Shown piece by piece: positions 10,356 to 24,320 of a DNA stretch of 64,000 bases; positions within the stretch are counted from its first letter, which is position 1, and every line of letters begins with the position of its first letter. The DNA comes from Lama guanicoe. Lineage: Eukaryota. Made by a program: the position numbers and the translations under genes. The DNA is taken from assembly GCA_013239625.1 (NCBI GenBank), contig MU055928.1:30603118-30667117 (forward strand), given 5' to 3'. Under the pieces are notes generated by a model that was not told the origin of the DNA, did not search any database, and saw nothing but the letters and a program-made list of their open reading frames with translations.

Positions 10356-12789
10356 CTGGGTACAGAAAAGGTGGGTCAGCGACAGCTTTGATCAAGGCAC
10401 CCTCAGGGCAGGGATGTGACCAACACACTGGCATGTGGAGGGCCTGGACCCAGTAGCCAGCAGGGGTTACAGTGATGTGGAGAGGCAGAGATTTGCCAGG
10501 AATTCTCAGCAACCATGCCTTCCAATCTGCCCACCTAGCTGGGGAGAGTGAGCCACATTCTGTGGATGATGTTCAAAAAGATCTTCATTTCTACTAAATC
10601 CCAAAGCATTTGGACCTCATGCTCCAGTGTAGGAAGACTGTGACCCTCTAAGCAGGTTGACAATCTCTGTGTTATACCATCAGGCACTAGCAAGCAAAAG
10701 AACTCTCCCCAGATGCCCCTTTGGAAGGTGGATCAGTGTTTGAAACCGGGCTCCTTTATACTAGCTCTGCGTGCAATGCACGCATGCCCCTGTGTGTACA
10801 GGTCCATATTCCTGTTCTCAGCCCTCTGCTTCATTGTTTCTGTATTCTCTCTAAAAAAGAGAATCTCACCCATTCTCAGGGTTTAAGCTCCTTCCTCCTG
10901 AGGCAATTCTCAAATAAGTTTTCCCAATTTGTGCTTCTCTCCTAAAATGCAGGATTGTGGTCTTTTTCTTAATTTAGTTTTTATTTAATTTTTTCATTTA
11001 CTTGAGCAACTAATACATGAATTTGCTATCACAAAATTTTAAACTTATTTATATATAAGGTAAAAACACCCCTTTTTCTATACTCCTCAAGTGGACACTT
11101 CCGGTTTGAATAGAAAACTCCAAAGTCTCTCCCCACCAGCAATTGCACACATCTTTTGCTCACCTTCTAATATTTCTCCTTTCCTTTCTTACTAGTCCCT
11201 CTACCTCAACACCTTCCAATGAAATCCGGCCTGATTCTCTCCAAACCCATTCTATTCTACTTAGCAATTTAAGCATTTATTCAATACTATGTTCTCAGCC
11301 CTCTGCAAGACACAGTCTTATTGGAGTTGAAATAGCATGCATACCAAGAGGAAAAAATGCAGGGCACAGATGATAACATTTTACATTTTTTATTTGTAAC
11401 ACACTCTAAATGCTATGGGAGCTGGGGAGCCAGCCCAATGAGAGCACATTAACCTGGGAAAGGTAGCTGGAGAAGGCAAGGTTTCAGGTGTGTCCTGTAA
11501 CATGCGTAGGGTTGAGAGGAGAAAGGAATGCTTTTCTGTGGGAGGATGGCGGGTTCTAGCAAGATGCAGGGACCAGTAGGTGCCTGGTATTTCTAATGGA
11601 TGGGGGAGAGCAGCCCACTGGGACAGAATCTTGGGCAGTTGGGCTGAACACGCCCAGGCCCCGCACACCCTGGCGAGTGTGGGATGGAGTATAGCATTTA
11701 GGTGGGAAGCAAAGTGGGTCTTTGGGGACTTATGAATGGAAATCAGTGTTAATGCATCAGCCTGAAATAGGATAATTAGGAAAAATGAGAAGGGAGATGA
11801 TTCGGTCTGGGTTAAGAGCAGTGGGCATGTGGAAGGCATGATAAAAATGTTCTTTCCAATAACAATAATGCTTGTTTATTGTGGCTTATTTGTAAAATGC
11901 TATAGTTGAAGGAAGAAAACTTTGAAACCCTTATAATCCCACAGCATTCACTTTCAACGTTGGTGCCTTTCTTCTGGTCTCTTTTCTAGACCCTCGTATA
12001 ATATGCAGACACATATCTACGTAATTAGATCATACAGTCCACATGCCTTTGTATCCTGACTCTTCCATATCACAACATACCATAGGATTTAATGAAGACA
12101 TATTCTGAAGAAACAAAAAACATACTAACTAAGAGACTAATCTAGGCTTGACTGGCAGGGCATATATTGAAGCCCTTCCATAGGAGCAGAGGCTGTGTAA
12201 AGAGGATTGGGTTTTGAGAGAAGGGTGAGGAGTTTGGATTCCTACAAGTTGAGGTTGCAATGCCAGTGTACTTTGTACATAAAAATGACCCCAGGGGCAA
12301 ATAGAGATCCTATTCAGAAGGGTACAAGAAGAAATCGGGGTGGGGGCAAAGAACCAGTCTGGGGTAACACTCAGGTAGCCCGAAAAAGGACAGCCCTTTA
12401 AGGAAAAGGCAAAAATAACAAGAGGGAAGAATGAAAAATTAGCCAAACCAATATTCCTTCAAGTACGTACTTAGCAACTTCTGTGTACCATACACTGTGG
12501 CTGGTGATGGAATATAAGAGGAGGCGAAAAGGACTCCAAGCGTCCCTGTAGCCAGTTTATTACAGAAGGTGATGAATTCGATATTAAAAGCAGTGTGGAC
12601 AGAAGATTCTGTTGTGGGATGGGGTGTGCCATCTGGGAAGGCTTCTTGGAGGAGTTGGTCCTGCAGTAGTTCATTCGAAATGAGGTTGGGTAAAGGGCAT
12701 GAGGAAGGGAGGGAAGTAATAACCGCCTGGACTCTAGGGGGTGCTATAAGCAGCTAGTGATACAGAGTGGACAGATGGGAATGCTCATT

Positions 12790-13560
12790 CTTACCAACAT
12801 TTCAAAAAGTTTTTGTCGTGTTTGTTAATGTCATAGCCATCTAATATTCACATATTCACCCGCTAGTTTAGTACCCACTGAAGGTCCTTCCTTGAATCAG
12901 TTATTACTATATTGGTTGCCAAATAGTAGTTATTTTAGCTTCATAATTATTTCTACATCTAGAATTAGCTTTCTATCGTAAGGAAGATCTTTCCCTTCAT
13001 ACTCATTTGTTTAATCAGGATGGACTCATGTGTTCTTATTTTATTCAATGGGTTATTATGTCTTAAAACTATTTCTTTTAATGCTCAAAATGTCCCAGAT
13101 TTGGTTAGTGGAGGGCCTTTAGAATGGCTTCTATGTGCTCTGACACATCCCATCTCTCTGAGCGCTTCAGCATCATGTTCTGAGTTCATCGTATACTTTT
13201 CCTGCCCCTGTCCCAGAATCAGCTATTTTTCCAGGGGGCCCTGGTTCCTTCTATTGGAGAATGGTTCTAGAAGCCAAGGTCTTAGGTGCTCATTCCTACA
13301 GGGGTGCCACTGTCTATGTGTTGTTTTTTTTTTCAGTGGACCTGTAGTATATTTAAATATATATTGGGCCTGGAAATACAGGCAATAGTTATAAAGGACC
13401 TTTGGGGGATAATTCACAAAATTTGAATAGGGACTACGGACATGACGAGTATTTAATCCACATTAGTATAAGCTTCCTATCGTGGTCATTGTGATGTGGG
13501 TATGTAAGAGAAAGCCCTCATTCTTAGGAAATGTGCCCTGAAGTATTTAGGGGAAAGGAG
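12790..13560. mobile_element. Old L1 (L1MC/ME-like) 3' fragments
   Basis: gaatcagttattactatattggttgccaaatag...tcttattttattcaatgggtta...gctcaaaatgtcccagatttgg resembles old L1 3' ends. Confidence 0.5.
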
Positions 13561-13793
13561 GCACAGGGCCTGCACCTGTGGGAAGGCTCCTGGGAGGGGA
13601 GTCAAAGCCACTGGGAACCCCATGGTTCTTGCCACTTTGCCTTCCCAGGAGAATGCTTTTCTCTTCACTGAACAGACAGATTGAGAATCAGAGCTCTGGA
13701 CCCTGACAAAGTCCATAATACTTCCACAAAGACATCTTGAACACAAGAGAACCAGTGACCCTGATTTACGGGAACAAAGGGTTGTGCACGTAC

Positions 13794-13858
13794 CATTCGT
13801 GTTCTGCATGACAGTCTGGTCTTTCACAAAGGCCACGTCTCCCTTCTCAACCAGGCAT
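13794..13858 (-). CDS. TF: TF exon 14
   Basis: (R)CLVEKGDVAFVKDQTVMQNTN; 65 nt; cag/GTACGT boundaries. Confidence 0.95.
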
Positions 13859-14565
13859 CTGCAGGGTCCCAGATAGGGAGAGAGAAGAAAAGAGGTCAGA
13901 GACACCTCTGTCATTCAGGAAGATCACCTTATAGAACCAGCACTGGCCATCTGGTAGCAACTGTGACTCCCACTTTATCATTAATTCTTCCATATTATGG
14001 AGGTAAGTAACAAAGAAAAAGGAAACAGCACCTCTGATAGACTTTGCAGTTATACAGTCTCAGTTCTACACACTAAATTCTAAATTCTGGCACAGTTTCT
14101 CCAACAGAGCTGCATCCATTTCCTTGCATCAGCACAGACATTAGGAGGGCAATCTTCCAGCAAGGTGATTCCTTATTCACAGTCTACTTGCAAAATTGGA
14201 AACTTGTGGACTGTGAATTGTACTTACTCTAACTCACAAGGTGGTTCTAACTGGAGAATTGGGATAATCTTTGCTTTTTCCTTCCCTAGTGAGAAGTTCG
14301 GTTATAATACCACCATCATCGTGAAGTTGATGGATTCATGAACTGCTATGTGACACAGGCCTGAGTCAGAAAGGGTAGGTAAAAAGTAATACGGTCATAA
14401 GGTGCACTGGTGTCTCTTTAAAAAATGATAAAGACTCCATGAGACAGAGCTGCGACTCAGAATGTAAAAATCATGTACTTTACTTTTGCATATTTCCATG
14501 GTTCCCCCAGAGGTGCACAGAAGAGCATGAGTCCGACGGTTGACTCCTATGTTTGTTCAACTACA

Positions 14566-14772
14566 GCAAGGTTTCCTCACTTTGGCACTTAGTGACATTT
14601 GGGGCCAGATAATTCTTTATTGTAGGGTGCTGTCCTTTGCATGCAGAATGTTGAGCTGCCTTTACTAATTAAATGCCAGTATCACCCCCAACCCTATTGA
14701 TAATCAAAAACATCTCCAGGCACTGCCAAATGTCCCCTGAGGGACCAGTCGCCCCCTGTTGGGAACTTCTCA
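14566..14772. mobile_element. MER20-like hAT-Charlie element
   Basis: ggcacttagtgacatttggggccagataattctttattgtagggtgctgtcc...aaaaacatctccaggcactgccaaatgtcccctg. Confidence 0.75.
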
Positions 14773-15002
14773 TCTGCACCGTATTGCCACTCTTTGCTGT
14801 CTATGACCGACAGGTCCGGAGACAGTGTCCTGAGGGACCTGGATGCCCCTTCACACAGGTCTCTACACATGTCTGTAAATGTGGCACCATAACATGAAGG
14901 ACTAACAGGCTGGGAACGTAAGAATCTCACCTGAGTTCCTCAAAAGGAATCTTGTGAGGGCTGAGGTTATTATTATATTTGCATGAAGGTTACAAGACTC
15001 AC

Positions 15003-15147
15003 CTGAAAGCCCCTGTATAGCCGTAGTATCGCTCATGGTTGTTGGGAAGACACTCCTTTCCCGGAGATGTTTCGGAGCCGATACACAGAGCACAGAGGCT
15101 GGAGTTTTTCTGAGACCCAGGGGCACAGCCTGAACTGAAAAATTTAT
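15003..15147 (-). CDS. TF: TF exon 13
   Basis: [48 protein letters not shown]; 145 nt; includes Tyr ligand and an N-S-S sequon. Confidence 0.95.
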
Positions 15148-16139
15148 CTGTGCAGGAGAATGAGAGGGAGTCAGCTCTTCCTGAGTCAATAGGAGTGGCC
15201 TTTTTTTTTTTTCTTTAACACATCACAGGTGGGTATGGCCCAGGATAGGTAGAACATACTTATCCTGTGACCTGCCGCCAACTCAGGACCTGCCAGTCTA
15301 TAGGCTTTAAAAGGAAACTTGATTGAGATTGGGAATGGTTAGTGACCATCACAATTCAGGGGGCGGGGATCCCACGGGCTCCCGATAGTGTCGTCACTTG
15401 TCTAAAGAGAGAAGTGATGGAAATGAGATGAAAGACGACCTGCAAAGGGTAAAATTGGAGGTCTCGCTCCCTGAGCTTGTGCTGCTTGCTTTCAGGCGTT
15501 TCTTCCCTCTGCTGTTTATTAGAAGAGTCTTTAACAGGACTTAGAACTCCAAGTGCAAGAAAGTGCTGGGGGATTTTACTCCCAGTTCACCTGCTCTCCC
15601 GTGGCTGCATAACTGCCGGGACGCTCAGGAGAGCAGAGCGGGTGCCCTTGCGGGTGGGCCACAGAACTGCTGAATGTCGACCCAGCCACACTGTACTTCC
15701 TGGCAAACTGATGTCGCAGAACGCAACAGTATAGAAGTGCGGTCTCATCTCCAAATCCCTCCTCTCCATCAGCACACACACGGGACTTCCCTGGTGCGTA
15801 GCGGTCTTTAGAGGCCTCTCCTTTTAAAGTAGCTCAGGAAGTTAAAGTGCATAAGAACCATAAGAAAACATGTCCATAGTGAACTTACATGCAGATTTTT
15901 ACGGGGTAGAACTAAGCTCATAACTGAAGATAATCAGAGGACACACAATAAACTGATTTCCACGCCTTTGAAGGGGCCTAGTTGCTGAGCAGTCATCCGG
16001 TGAGACTGCCAAGATCCTAAAGAGACCCCAGGATCCCTCCCACCACCTAGAAAGTCTTGTAGCAAGGCTTGTAGCTGTCCAGCCAGGGTTTCTTAGTAAC
16101 AAAGATCAAGTTGGTTTTTGCCTTTTTGTTCTTCCATTA

Positions 16140-17190
16140 ATTTTTTTACTAGAGATATAATTGACATGTAACATTATATTAGTTTCAGGTGTACAACATG
16201 ATTCGCTATTGCAAATATATTGTGAAATGATCACCACAATATGTGTAGTTAACATACATCACCTTACAGAGTTAAAAATTTTTTTTTCTTGTGTCTAGGA
16301 CTTNNNNNNNNNNNNNNNNNNNNNNNNNNNNNNNNNNNNNNNNNNNNNNNNNNNNNNNNNNNNNNNNNNNNNNNNNNNNNNNNNNNNNNNNNNNNNNNNN
16401 NNNNNNNNNNNNNNNNNNNNNNNNNNNNNNNNNNNNNNGGTCTGTTCCTCTGTACTCAGTTTCTGCAGGGGTTTTTTTTTTATCATAAATGGATGTTGAA
16501 TTTTACTGAAAGCTTTTTATCCTGCATTTATTGAGATGATCACTTGATTTTATTCTTCATTTTGTTAATGTGATGTATCACATAAAAAATTGTTTTCTTG
16601 TGATGAGAGCTTTTAAGACCTACTCTCTTAGCAACTTTCAAAAATGCAGTATGGCATAATTAACTATAGTCACCATGCTGTACATTACATCTTCATGACT
16701 TACTTATTCTATAACTGAAGCTCATACCTTTTGAGCACCTTCACCCACTTTGCCCACCCCCAGCCCCTGCCTCTGGTAACTACCAATGTGCTCTCTGTGT
16801 CTATGAGCTCAGGTTGTTTGAGTTTGTTGTTTGTTTGTTTAGATTCCACGTATAAATGAGAACATACAGTATTTGTCTTTCTCTGTCTGACTTATTTTGC
16901 TTAGCATAGTGCCTTCAAGGTCCATCCACTTGCCATTGTTGCAAGTGGCAAGGTTTCTTTCTTTTTTATGGCTCAATAATATTCTATTGTATGTATATAT
17001 AAACCACAATTTATCCATTCATTCATGATGGACACTTAGGTTCTTTCTGTATCACAGCTGTTATAAATAATGCTGCAGTGAAGATGTGGGTGCATATATC
17101 TTTTCAAGTTAGTATTTTTGTTTTCTTCCAATAAATACCCAGAACTGAAATTGTTGGATCCCATGGTAATTCTATTTTTAACTTCTTGAT
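16140..17190 (-). mobile_element. L1 3' end, with a nested internal L1 fragment
   Basis: T-rich start, agattccacgtataaatgagaacatacagtatttgtc and aaatacccagaactgaaattgttggatc are typical antisense L1 3' sequence. Confidence 0.8.
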
Positions 17191-17199
17191 CAAAAATCT

Positions 17200-17590
17200 A
17201 GTTTTATTTGGGGCAGAAACATGCCCAAATAAAAGATGACATTTCCCAGCCTCTTTTACATCTAAATGTGACTATATATCCCATTTGGGGGCAGTGAGAA
17301 GTTAGCTGAAGTAATTGGGTTAGAGTGCCTGAATGGCTGCTTTAATAAGGTGGCATATACTTCAAGTGCCCTTCCTCCTTTTCCTTGAGGTTGCCTGTCA
17401 TGAATGTAATGGCAACCATGGGTGACCTCGAAGACAGAGGCGTCATGCTCAGAATGGTGGAGAAGGAAGAGAGAGGAGCCTGGGTTTCTAATGACAGTAT
17501 CAGCCAGGAACTGCTCATCTCTGGTCTTTTGTACGAGAGAGAGAGTAGATGTATGTTGACTTAAGTCGTTGCGTGCAACTGAGAAGAACC
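17200..17590. mobile_element. MLT1-like (MaLR) LTR
   Basis: catttcccagcctc...agaatggtggagaaggaagagagaggagcctgggtttctaatgac resembles MLT1. Confidence 0.55.
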
Positions 17591-17758
17591 ATTCTGATCC
17601 AGCTCCTCAGCCCTACCATTACTTTTAGATACTTCCTTGAAGTTCACTAAACCAAACTGTATTACCATAGAACCAGGGCCACAGCATTTTATACCGTACC
17701 ACACTCTTCCCTGAAGTCTGTCCACCTGGTCCTGACCACAGTGCCCTCTCAGAGCTCA

Positions 17759-18019
<261 letters not shown>

Positions 18020-19276
18020 TTATCCTGAATCATTCCTTCTCTCTTTGAAAGGGTCTTCCCAACAACTGACTGAGGGGAATTACAAGTCATTCCAGGAGGT
18101 GGAGATGAATCTGAACTGGGAAAACACAATAGTAAGAATACATTATCATCAGAGCATTGGCTGGTGTGTAGCCCTTCCCCAAATGCATGAAGCTACTGAC
18201 CTTATAAGCCAGCAACTCACCCTCCACTGTGGAGCAGCAGAGGAATGGATACTCAAGAGTACATTCTATGCATTAACAATTGTTAGGAAAAAGTAGTAAA
18301 TGAGCGATAAACTGCAGGGATATTCTGGCCAGATGTTTTGTGCTAAGGAGAATATAAGTTTACAGCAGAATAAATATGCTAAGTGAAACCTGTCAGAGTC
18401 AAGTTAGCTGCCATGTTAGCAGCAAATACATGCTGGTCTTTAAAACTGGGAATAGAAAGAATGTCAACTCATGATTTCAGTTTTCCAATTTAATTAATTC
18501 AGGAAATTGTTTCCAACAGAAAAGATGCAAGTTTTATTGTCCATGGAATAAGAATGGTTCTGGTTTTAACTAAAGAGCTTGGTTCCTAGTGTGCTGGAGA
18601 GAGGCTGGAAGGTTGTAATTGGGAAAAGTGATGAGGACAGACTTGCACACAAATGGCTGGAAATGACCCGCAGGGACTTGAGCACGGGCCCCAGGGCCCA
18701 CCTTGATAAGATTTCCTGTCTTGCTCTTGCCACACCTACCAGATCTACCCCTAGCCAGAGCCCTGGGTGAGAGCCGGGTTGGCCTGGGTTCCTGGGCCTT
18801 CCGCTGGCTTGGAGGCTGGGCAGTTTCATGCCCCTAAACATCTGCCTGTGTGAGCCACTCTCGTCAGCCCTGCCAGGCACATATAAGCAAGGCTCCTTGG
18901 CTGGTGCTAACTCTCAGCTAAAACTTTGCAGGCCTCATGCAACGTGAGACAGTCGGGGGTGGGGGGGAGGGCCTGGGTTTGCTTGCTGGATGTTGGAGTC
19001 TAGATAGCTTGTAATCTCTCTGAGCTGTTGGTCCTCTTATGCATTCTTAGAGGATACAAGAGCTACCTTATACGATTAAATGAGAAATCCTGTGTGCAAG
19101 TCATGGGAAGTGTAGAAGAGCAATCCTCATTGCTAGTTACCCTCCTCCCATGATTCTTTTGCATTCTGAAAATTGGCCTCTTATGTACTTTTGATTTAAA
19201 TGTAAACTTCTTTTACCCTTTCCCAAAAGCAATGGGAATTTTTCTTAAACTCATGAGGTTACCAACCCCAACTCAC

Positions 19277-19315
19277 CTTTCTCTAGTGTGTTTTCACAAG
19301 TGTTGCCAGAAGTGT
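19277..19315 (-). CDS. TF: TF exon 11 (mini-exon)
   Basis: tccag|AC...: (Y)TSGNTCENTLEK then G|GTGAG; 39 nt keeps the frame between exons 10 and 12. Confidence 0.9.
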
Positions 19316-19888
19316 CTGGAGAGGAGAAAAGGAAGAAGTCATTAAACACTGATTTGTAGATTGGAAATCGTCTTTCCCATGTGCAGTTTAGAATAAACAG
19401 AGCCAGGAGAACTATCTACATAACAGCAGTTCCCAAAAGGTCCAGGCTGTCTTTTTCAAGTTCACTTGAGCTTATTGGAATTAGCCCAAATTGCACATTT
19501 CAAGTTTTTTGCTCTATCTGTCCCATGGCCACAGAGATCCCTGCTGACTATACTTGAATCCGTGCACCAGGGCAACATGAGATGTATGAGTTTGGGAAGC
19601 AAGAAGGCCTGCCAGGAATCCCATCTGAGAATCCAGCTGTCCTCGAAATAGGGGTCACTTTTAGCTAGAACTTCCCAGTGCAAAGCCTCCAGCTCCCTTG
19701 TGGAACAGCCCATCCCTCAAGATACTTGTGGGGACTAGACGTGAGAGAGCCCAGAGCCTAGGAAGTAAGAGATGCTCAATCAGCAAGAGCTTTATGGCCC
19801 ATGTGGTATGAATCTAGCTGTGATTTTCCATCTCCTCTCTCCATGGCCCAGAGGCAATGAAACTCTGAGATGCGCCCCCTCCACGTAC

Positions 19889-19979
19889 AGTAGTTCTCCG
19901 CCAGGACAGGCACCAGACCACATTTGCCCGCGATGTAGACAAAGCCTCCATCCAAGCTCATGGCATCAGCTTCTCCTTT
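19889..19979 (-). CDS. TF: TF exon 10
   Basis: [30 protein letters not shown]; 91 nt; contains the C-lobe Asp ligand. Confidence 0.94.
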
Positions 19980-21295
19980 CTGCAAAGACACAGCACATCA
20001 CAGCAGGTGAAGAGAGACCAGCTTCTGTCCCACATGCCCTGTCAACGGTTCCCTTGAAGCCGCCTTGGCCAACACTGGATGTGAAGGCCCTGGAAGACAG
20101 AAGGTGCTAGTACCGGACCCCCAAAGGGTCAGTCAGGCACCTCCAACATAGAAAATAAAAGGTACTCTCTTTTTCATCCAAACCATGATGAACTAATGAT
20201 CAACTCTGGGTGCTTAGTTTCTTCAGGAGCAAAGACCACATTTAGTCCCTCTGTCCTCTCATAGGACGCACTGTCCCAGAGACTCTCACAACACCTTTCT
20301 GACACCAAGAATTCTCATTTGTAAGGCAGATGCGTGGAGTCACGGACTCTGGGCTGTGTCTGCAGTATAGAGTGCCTCCTGATGGGGGCTCCAGCCCCGA
20401 ATCTTGGCCACATTGGCTGAGTGCTTTTACAGAGCTTGGTCAATACAAGATCTTCAATGAATGAATCAAATAAACTTATATGATTTAATAGAGCTAATAA
20501 GCCCCAAATTTCAGAGATGCTTAAATTCAGCAAGACTGCCAAGCTTCCCATTGAGCCTGAAAATATACTTTTGAGGAAATGTGGGAAACTGTTCGAGCAA
20601 AATGTGTTAAGTGGGCAAAAACATGCAAGTATGATTCATAATAGCGAAAAGATGAGACCAAATTTGATGCTCAATAGCAAGGAAATGACTCAACAATTTA
20701 CAGCACATTCATACTCTGAAATAGATGTCAACATTAAGACATTGTATTTTCAAAGAATGGTTTGTGATAAGGGAAAAGCTCCCTAGGTAACATTAGGTGA
20801 GAAAAGGGTAGTAAGTTGTATATATGATGTGATCCTCCCGTTAACAGGATCTCCTCTGATAAGATGGTCATGATTCATTTTTATGTATTTTCTTCTTTAT
20901 GCCCTTCAGTTATCTAAAAGCAAACATGGAATGCTCTTGTGAGCAACAAAGCTAAACTTCTACCTGCTTGCACAGTAACATGACTCTGTCACCCTTGTCA
21001 CAGCCCACGGTGGGTCTCAGGCACACCCACACCGAGGTCCACCCTTCCTAAGCAGACATGCCTCAGATTGCCCTCTAACGGGGTTGTAACACCAGGAGGA
21101 AACAGAGCCTTAAGGAGCCCTTCAGATCCACCAGCTCAAAGGTCCTGAAGCTCCCGTGGGGCTGGGCACCCACAGTGAAGGCAAGGTTCCTAGGAACTTG
21201 GCCTTTCGTATCATTCCCAGGAACACTCACTCAGCCGGGGGACAGGCAGGCAGCAGTGGCAAGGATGCTGCCCTGCGGAGGCAGGAGTGACGTAC

Positions 21296-21450
21296 CATGA
21301 TCTTGGCAATACAATCTTCAGTGGTCTCTTCTGACTCACACTCTATATGCCCGCTACTGCTCACGCTCCATGCATCACACTTTTTCCTCTCCATGTGACC
21401 CACTGCACACCATTTCACCTTCTTGCACCCATCCTTCGAGGTGTCTGGGA
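21296..21450 (-). CDS. TF: TF exon 9
   Basis: (L)[51 protein letters not shown]; 155 nt. Confidence 0.95.
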
Positions 21451-22664
21451 CTAGAACATAAGGAAGAGAATCAGAGATAAGGAGACCCCTCAGATGTTGC
21501 CTGCTGGGCAATATGAAGCTAACTGTCCTCATGAAAATGTTGGAATTTTTTGGCAAAACAAACACATCCCACTCAAGGAATTCATCTCTTAGAATCAAAG
21601 ACAGTAACAGTCTCTTGGTTGGTTTCTTATCGTTTTGATTTAGCTTAAAGTTATTTTTTTCCAGCAGCCGGTACTCCTTCCAGCCCTGAGGCACTCGATC
21701 ACTTCTGGCTGTTTTTTTCCCCCCTCTTCTTTTAGAAATAGCATTTAACCATCTGAGCCGTTGTTATATTTTCAGTCACTGCTTACTGTCTGTTCCCTGC
21801 AGGAGAACATGAGTGTGGCAGGGCAAGGGCCATGCCTGTCTTGTTCTCCATGGGCCCCTTGATGTTCGGGGTGGTGCCTGATTCATGGTCAGTGCAGTAA
21901 ACGTCTGCTGAATACATGGACACCCACCCAACTTTTAGACTCAGCCCAAGAGACTTCTTCAGGGGAGCCTCACCTCAATTCCAGGATCTGTTTTCCTTTG
22001 TTTTGCACTCTTATAAAGCCATAATATTTTATTCTGGTTTTTTTTTCTGCTGCGGAAATCTCTCATATTTAATTGATCATTCAACAGAGTGACTATTCCT
22101 TGAACATCTGTCTTCCCTGCTGGTCTGAAAGTTCCATGACAGCAGAAGCTAACAGATCTTCGTCTCATCATTGTATGCTCAGCATGTAGCACAGTGTATG
22201 GCTAGATGGTCAATAAATGTCTGTTGAATGAATGTTCAAATTTACCCCCAGTTACCTAAAAAATTCAGGAGTAGGATTGACCTGTCTAAAGCTCCAGCTT
22301 CACCATGGCACATATTGACCGTAATACTGGCTGCAGACATGCAAGTTTGTGGCAGTTTCATCCTATTTGACTTACTTTGTGCCAGGTTAATTGGCTTCTC
22401 AAGGTAGGATAGGGTGGCCCTGATTTATACGAGGGAAAGTGCTGGTATCAATACAAGTCATTTTAAGCATGAATTTCCCTTAATGCCCTCTGGTGCTGTC
22501 CAGGCCCATCTCATGATGACTAACACCATTCAGCATCCATCTAACACTGGGCTGCACAGGCGAGGCAGATAAAGGATCATCGGGACCTGGAAAGAGTATC
22601 GCTGGTCCCCACCCTTACCAGATTCCAAGCTCCTAGGGTCACATGATCCTTCCCAAATACTTAC

Positions 22665-22842
22665 GTGTTTCTCCTCTTAGGTTACGAACAGCAGTGACAT
22701 ATTCATATCCAAGGTACAGCTGGGAGTCCATCTTAGGGGGGATCTTTAAGAACCCATTGGCAGAGTCCTTAAACAGTAGGTCCTTTCCATGAGGGGAGCT
22801 GAAGAGCTGGAAGTCCGTAGATTTATCTTTGCCAAAATGTTG
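22665..22842 (-). CDS. TF: TF exon 8
   Basis: [59 protein letters not shown]; 178 nt. Confidence 0.95.
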
Positions 22843-23512
22843 CTGTTTGTAATAAAACACAGAACCAAATGACTACAGCAACACGGGAGGCTGCAATATG
22901 GCACTGAAGAAAATTTAGAAACCCAGGAAACCAAATGAAAACTGAAATTTCCAAGATGCCAGGAGAGAGAGCGGCTGGACCTGCTCTTTTTCACCCAGCA
23001 CCTTCTCCATTCACAGCCCTCTTGGGCCACGTTAACACCTGATTTCCCTGAACGTGTTTCTGTGCTTGTCTCCCTGGCTGGATGAGAGCTCACTGAGCAC
23101 AAGAAATGCATCTCCTTCGGAGGCTGACACTGTGTGGTTCCACTTAGACCTCTGATGGGCAGATGGGAGGGCAGGGTGTGAGAAGGTCAGCTCAGCTCTG
23201 GCGTTCTGCTGCTCTAGAGGAGGAGAGCTGGCTGTGTGTGCCACTCCCTTGCAGTCAGGCTGAGGGACGTGGGAAGAGATATCATTTCACTTCCATCGGG
23301 AGAGAAACGGAATAGAGCAATAAGGAGCATCTTCATGTCGCTGGTCCAAAACGTAAGGGTCTGGCAGACCAGGCCATAGGACCAGGCTCTGTGCAGCTCT
23401 GAGAGGAGGCCCTGCTGAGTGCTTTCATACAAGCAGGTGGTGTTTCCTTCTACGTCCTGAACACAGAAGGACTTCTACAGTGGCAAGAAGGGAGTGAAGG
23501 AAGATGCCCCTA

Positions 23513-23779
<267 letters not shown>

Positions 23780-24264
23780 TCATGAGCCCTTGTACCCTCC
23801 TCTCCCTTGCAACCCCACTGAATCCTAAACTGTGTGAGCTAAGAAGCCTCGAGTGAACACTGAGAGCCAGAAGGAAACTGACTTGCCAAAGATCCCACAG
23901 CCAGTTATAGGCCAAGAAGCTTCTGATGCCCAGTTCAGGGTGACTGCCTGTACCCCACAATAGGTTTCATCTCGGCAGGCTTACTACAGGCCAAGGTCAG
24001 CCAGACCTGCCCCCAATCCTTTGCTATCACAACACTGACCAGGAGGAAGGGTCCCTGTGTCCAGGAGGTTGAATGATGGAAAGAGGCCCAGGAGTCCAGG
24101 GGAGCACCCCACAGGCACACACCTCTGCACAGGTAAACACCCCAGCAGTGATAAAGGCGGAGCACACTATGCTCATCTCTGACTACTGAGCCTTGAAAAG
24201 GAGGCAGAAAGAAAAGGAGGGCCCTCTGTTTGGAGAGAACTCCAAATTCTTCCCCATCACGTAC

Positions 24265-24320
24265 CCAGTACCGTTGAGTGCTTGACAAAGGCCACATCCC
24301 CAGCACCGTCCATCAGACAC
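24265..24320 (-). CDS. TF: TF exon 6
   Basis: (K)CLMDGAGDVAFVKHSTVL; 56 nt. Confidence 0.95.
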
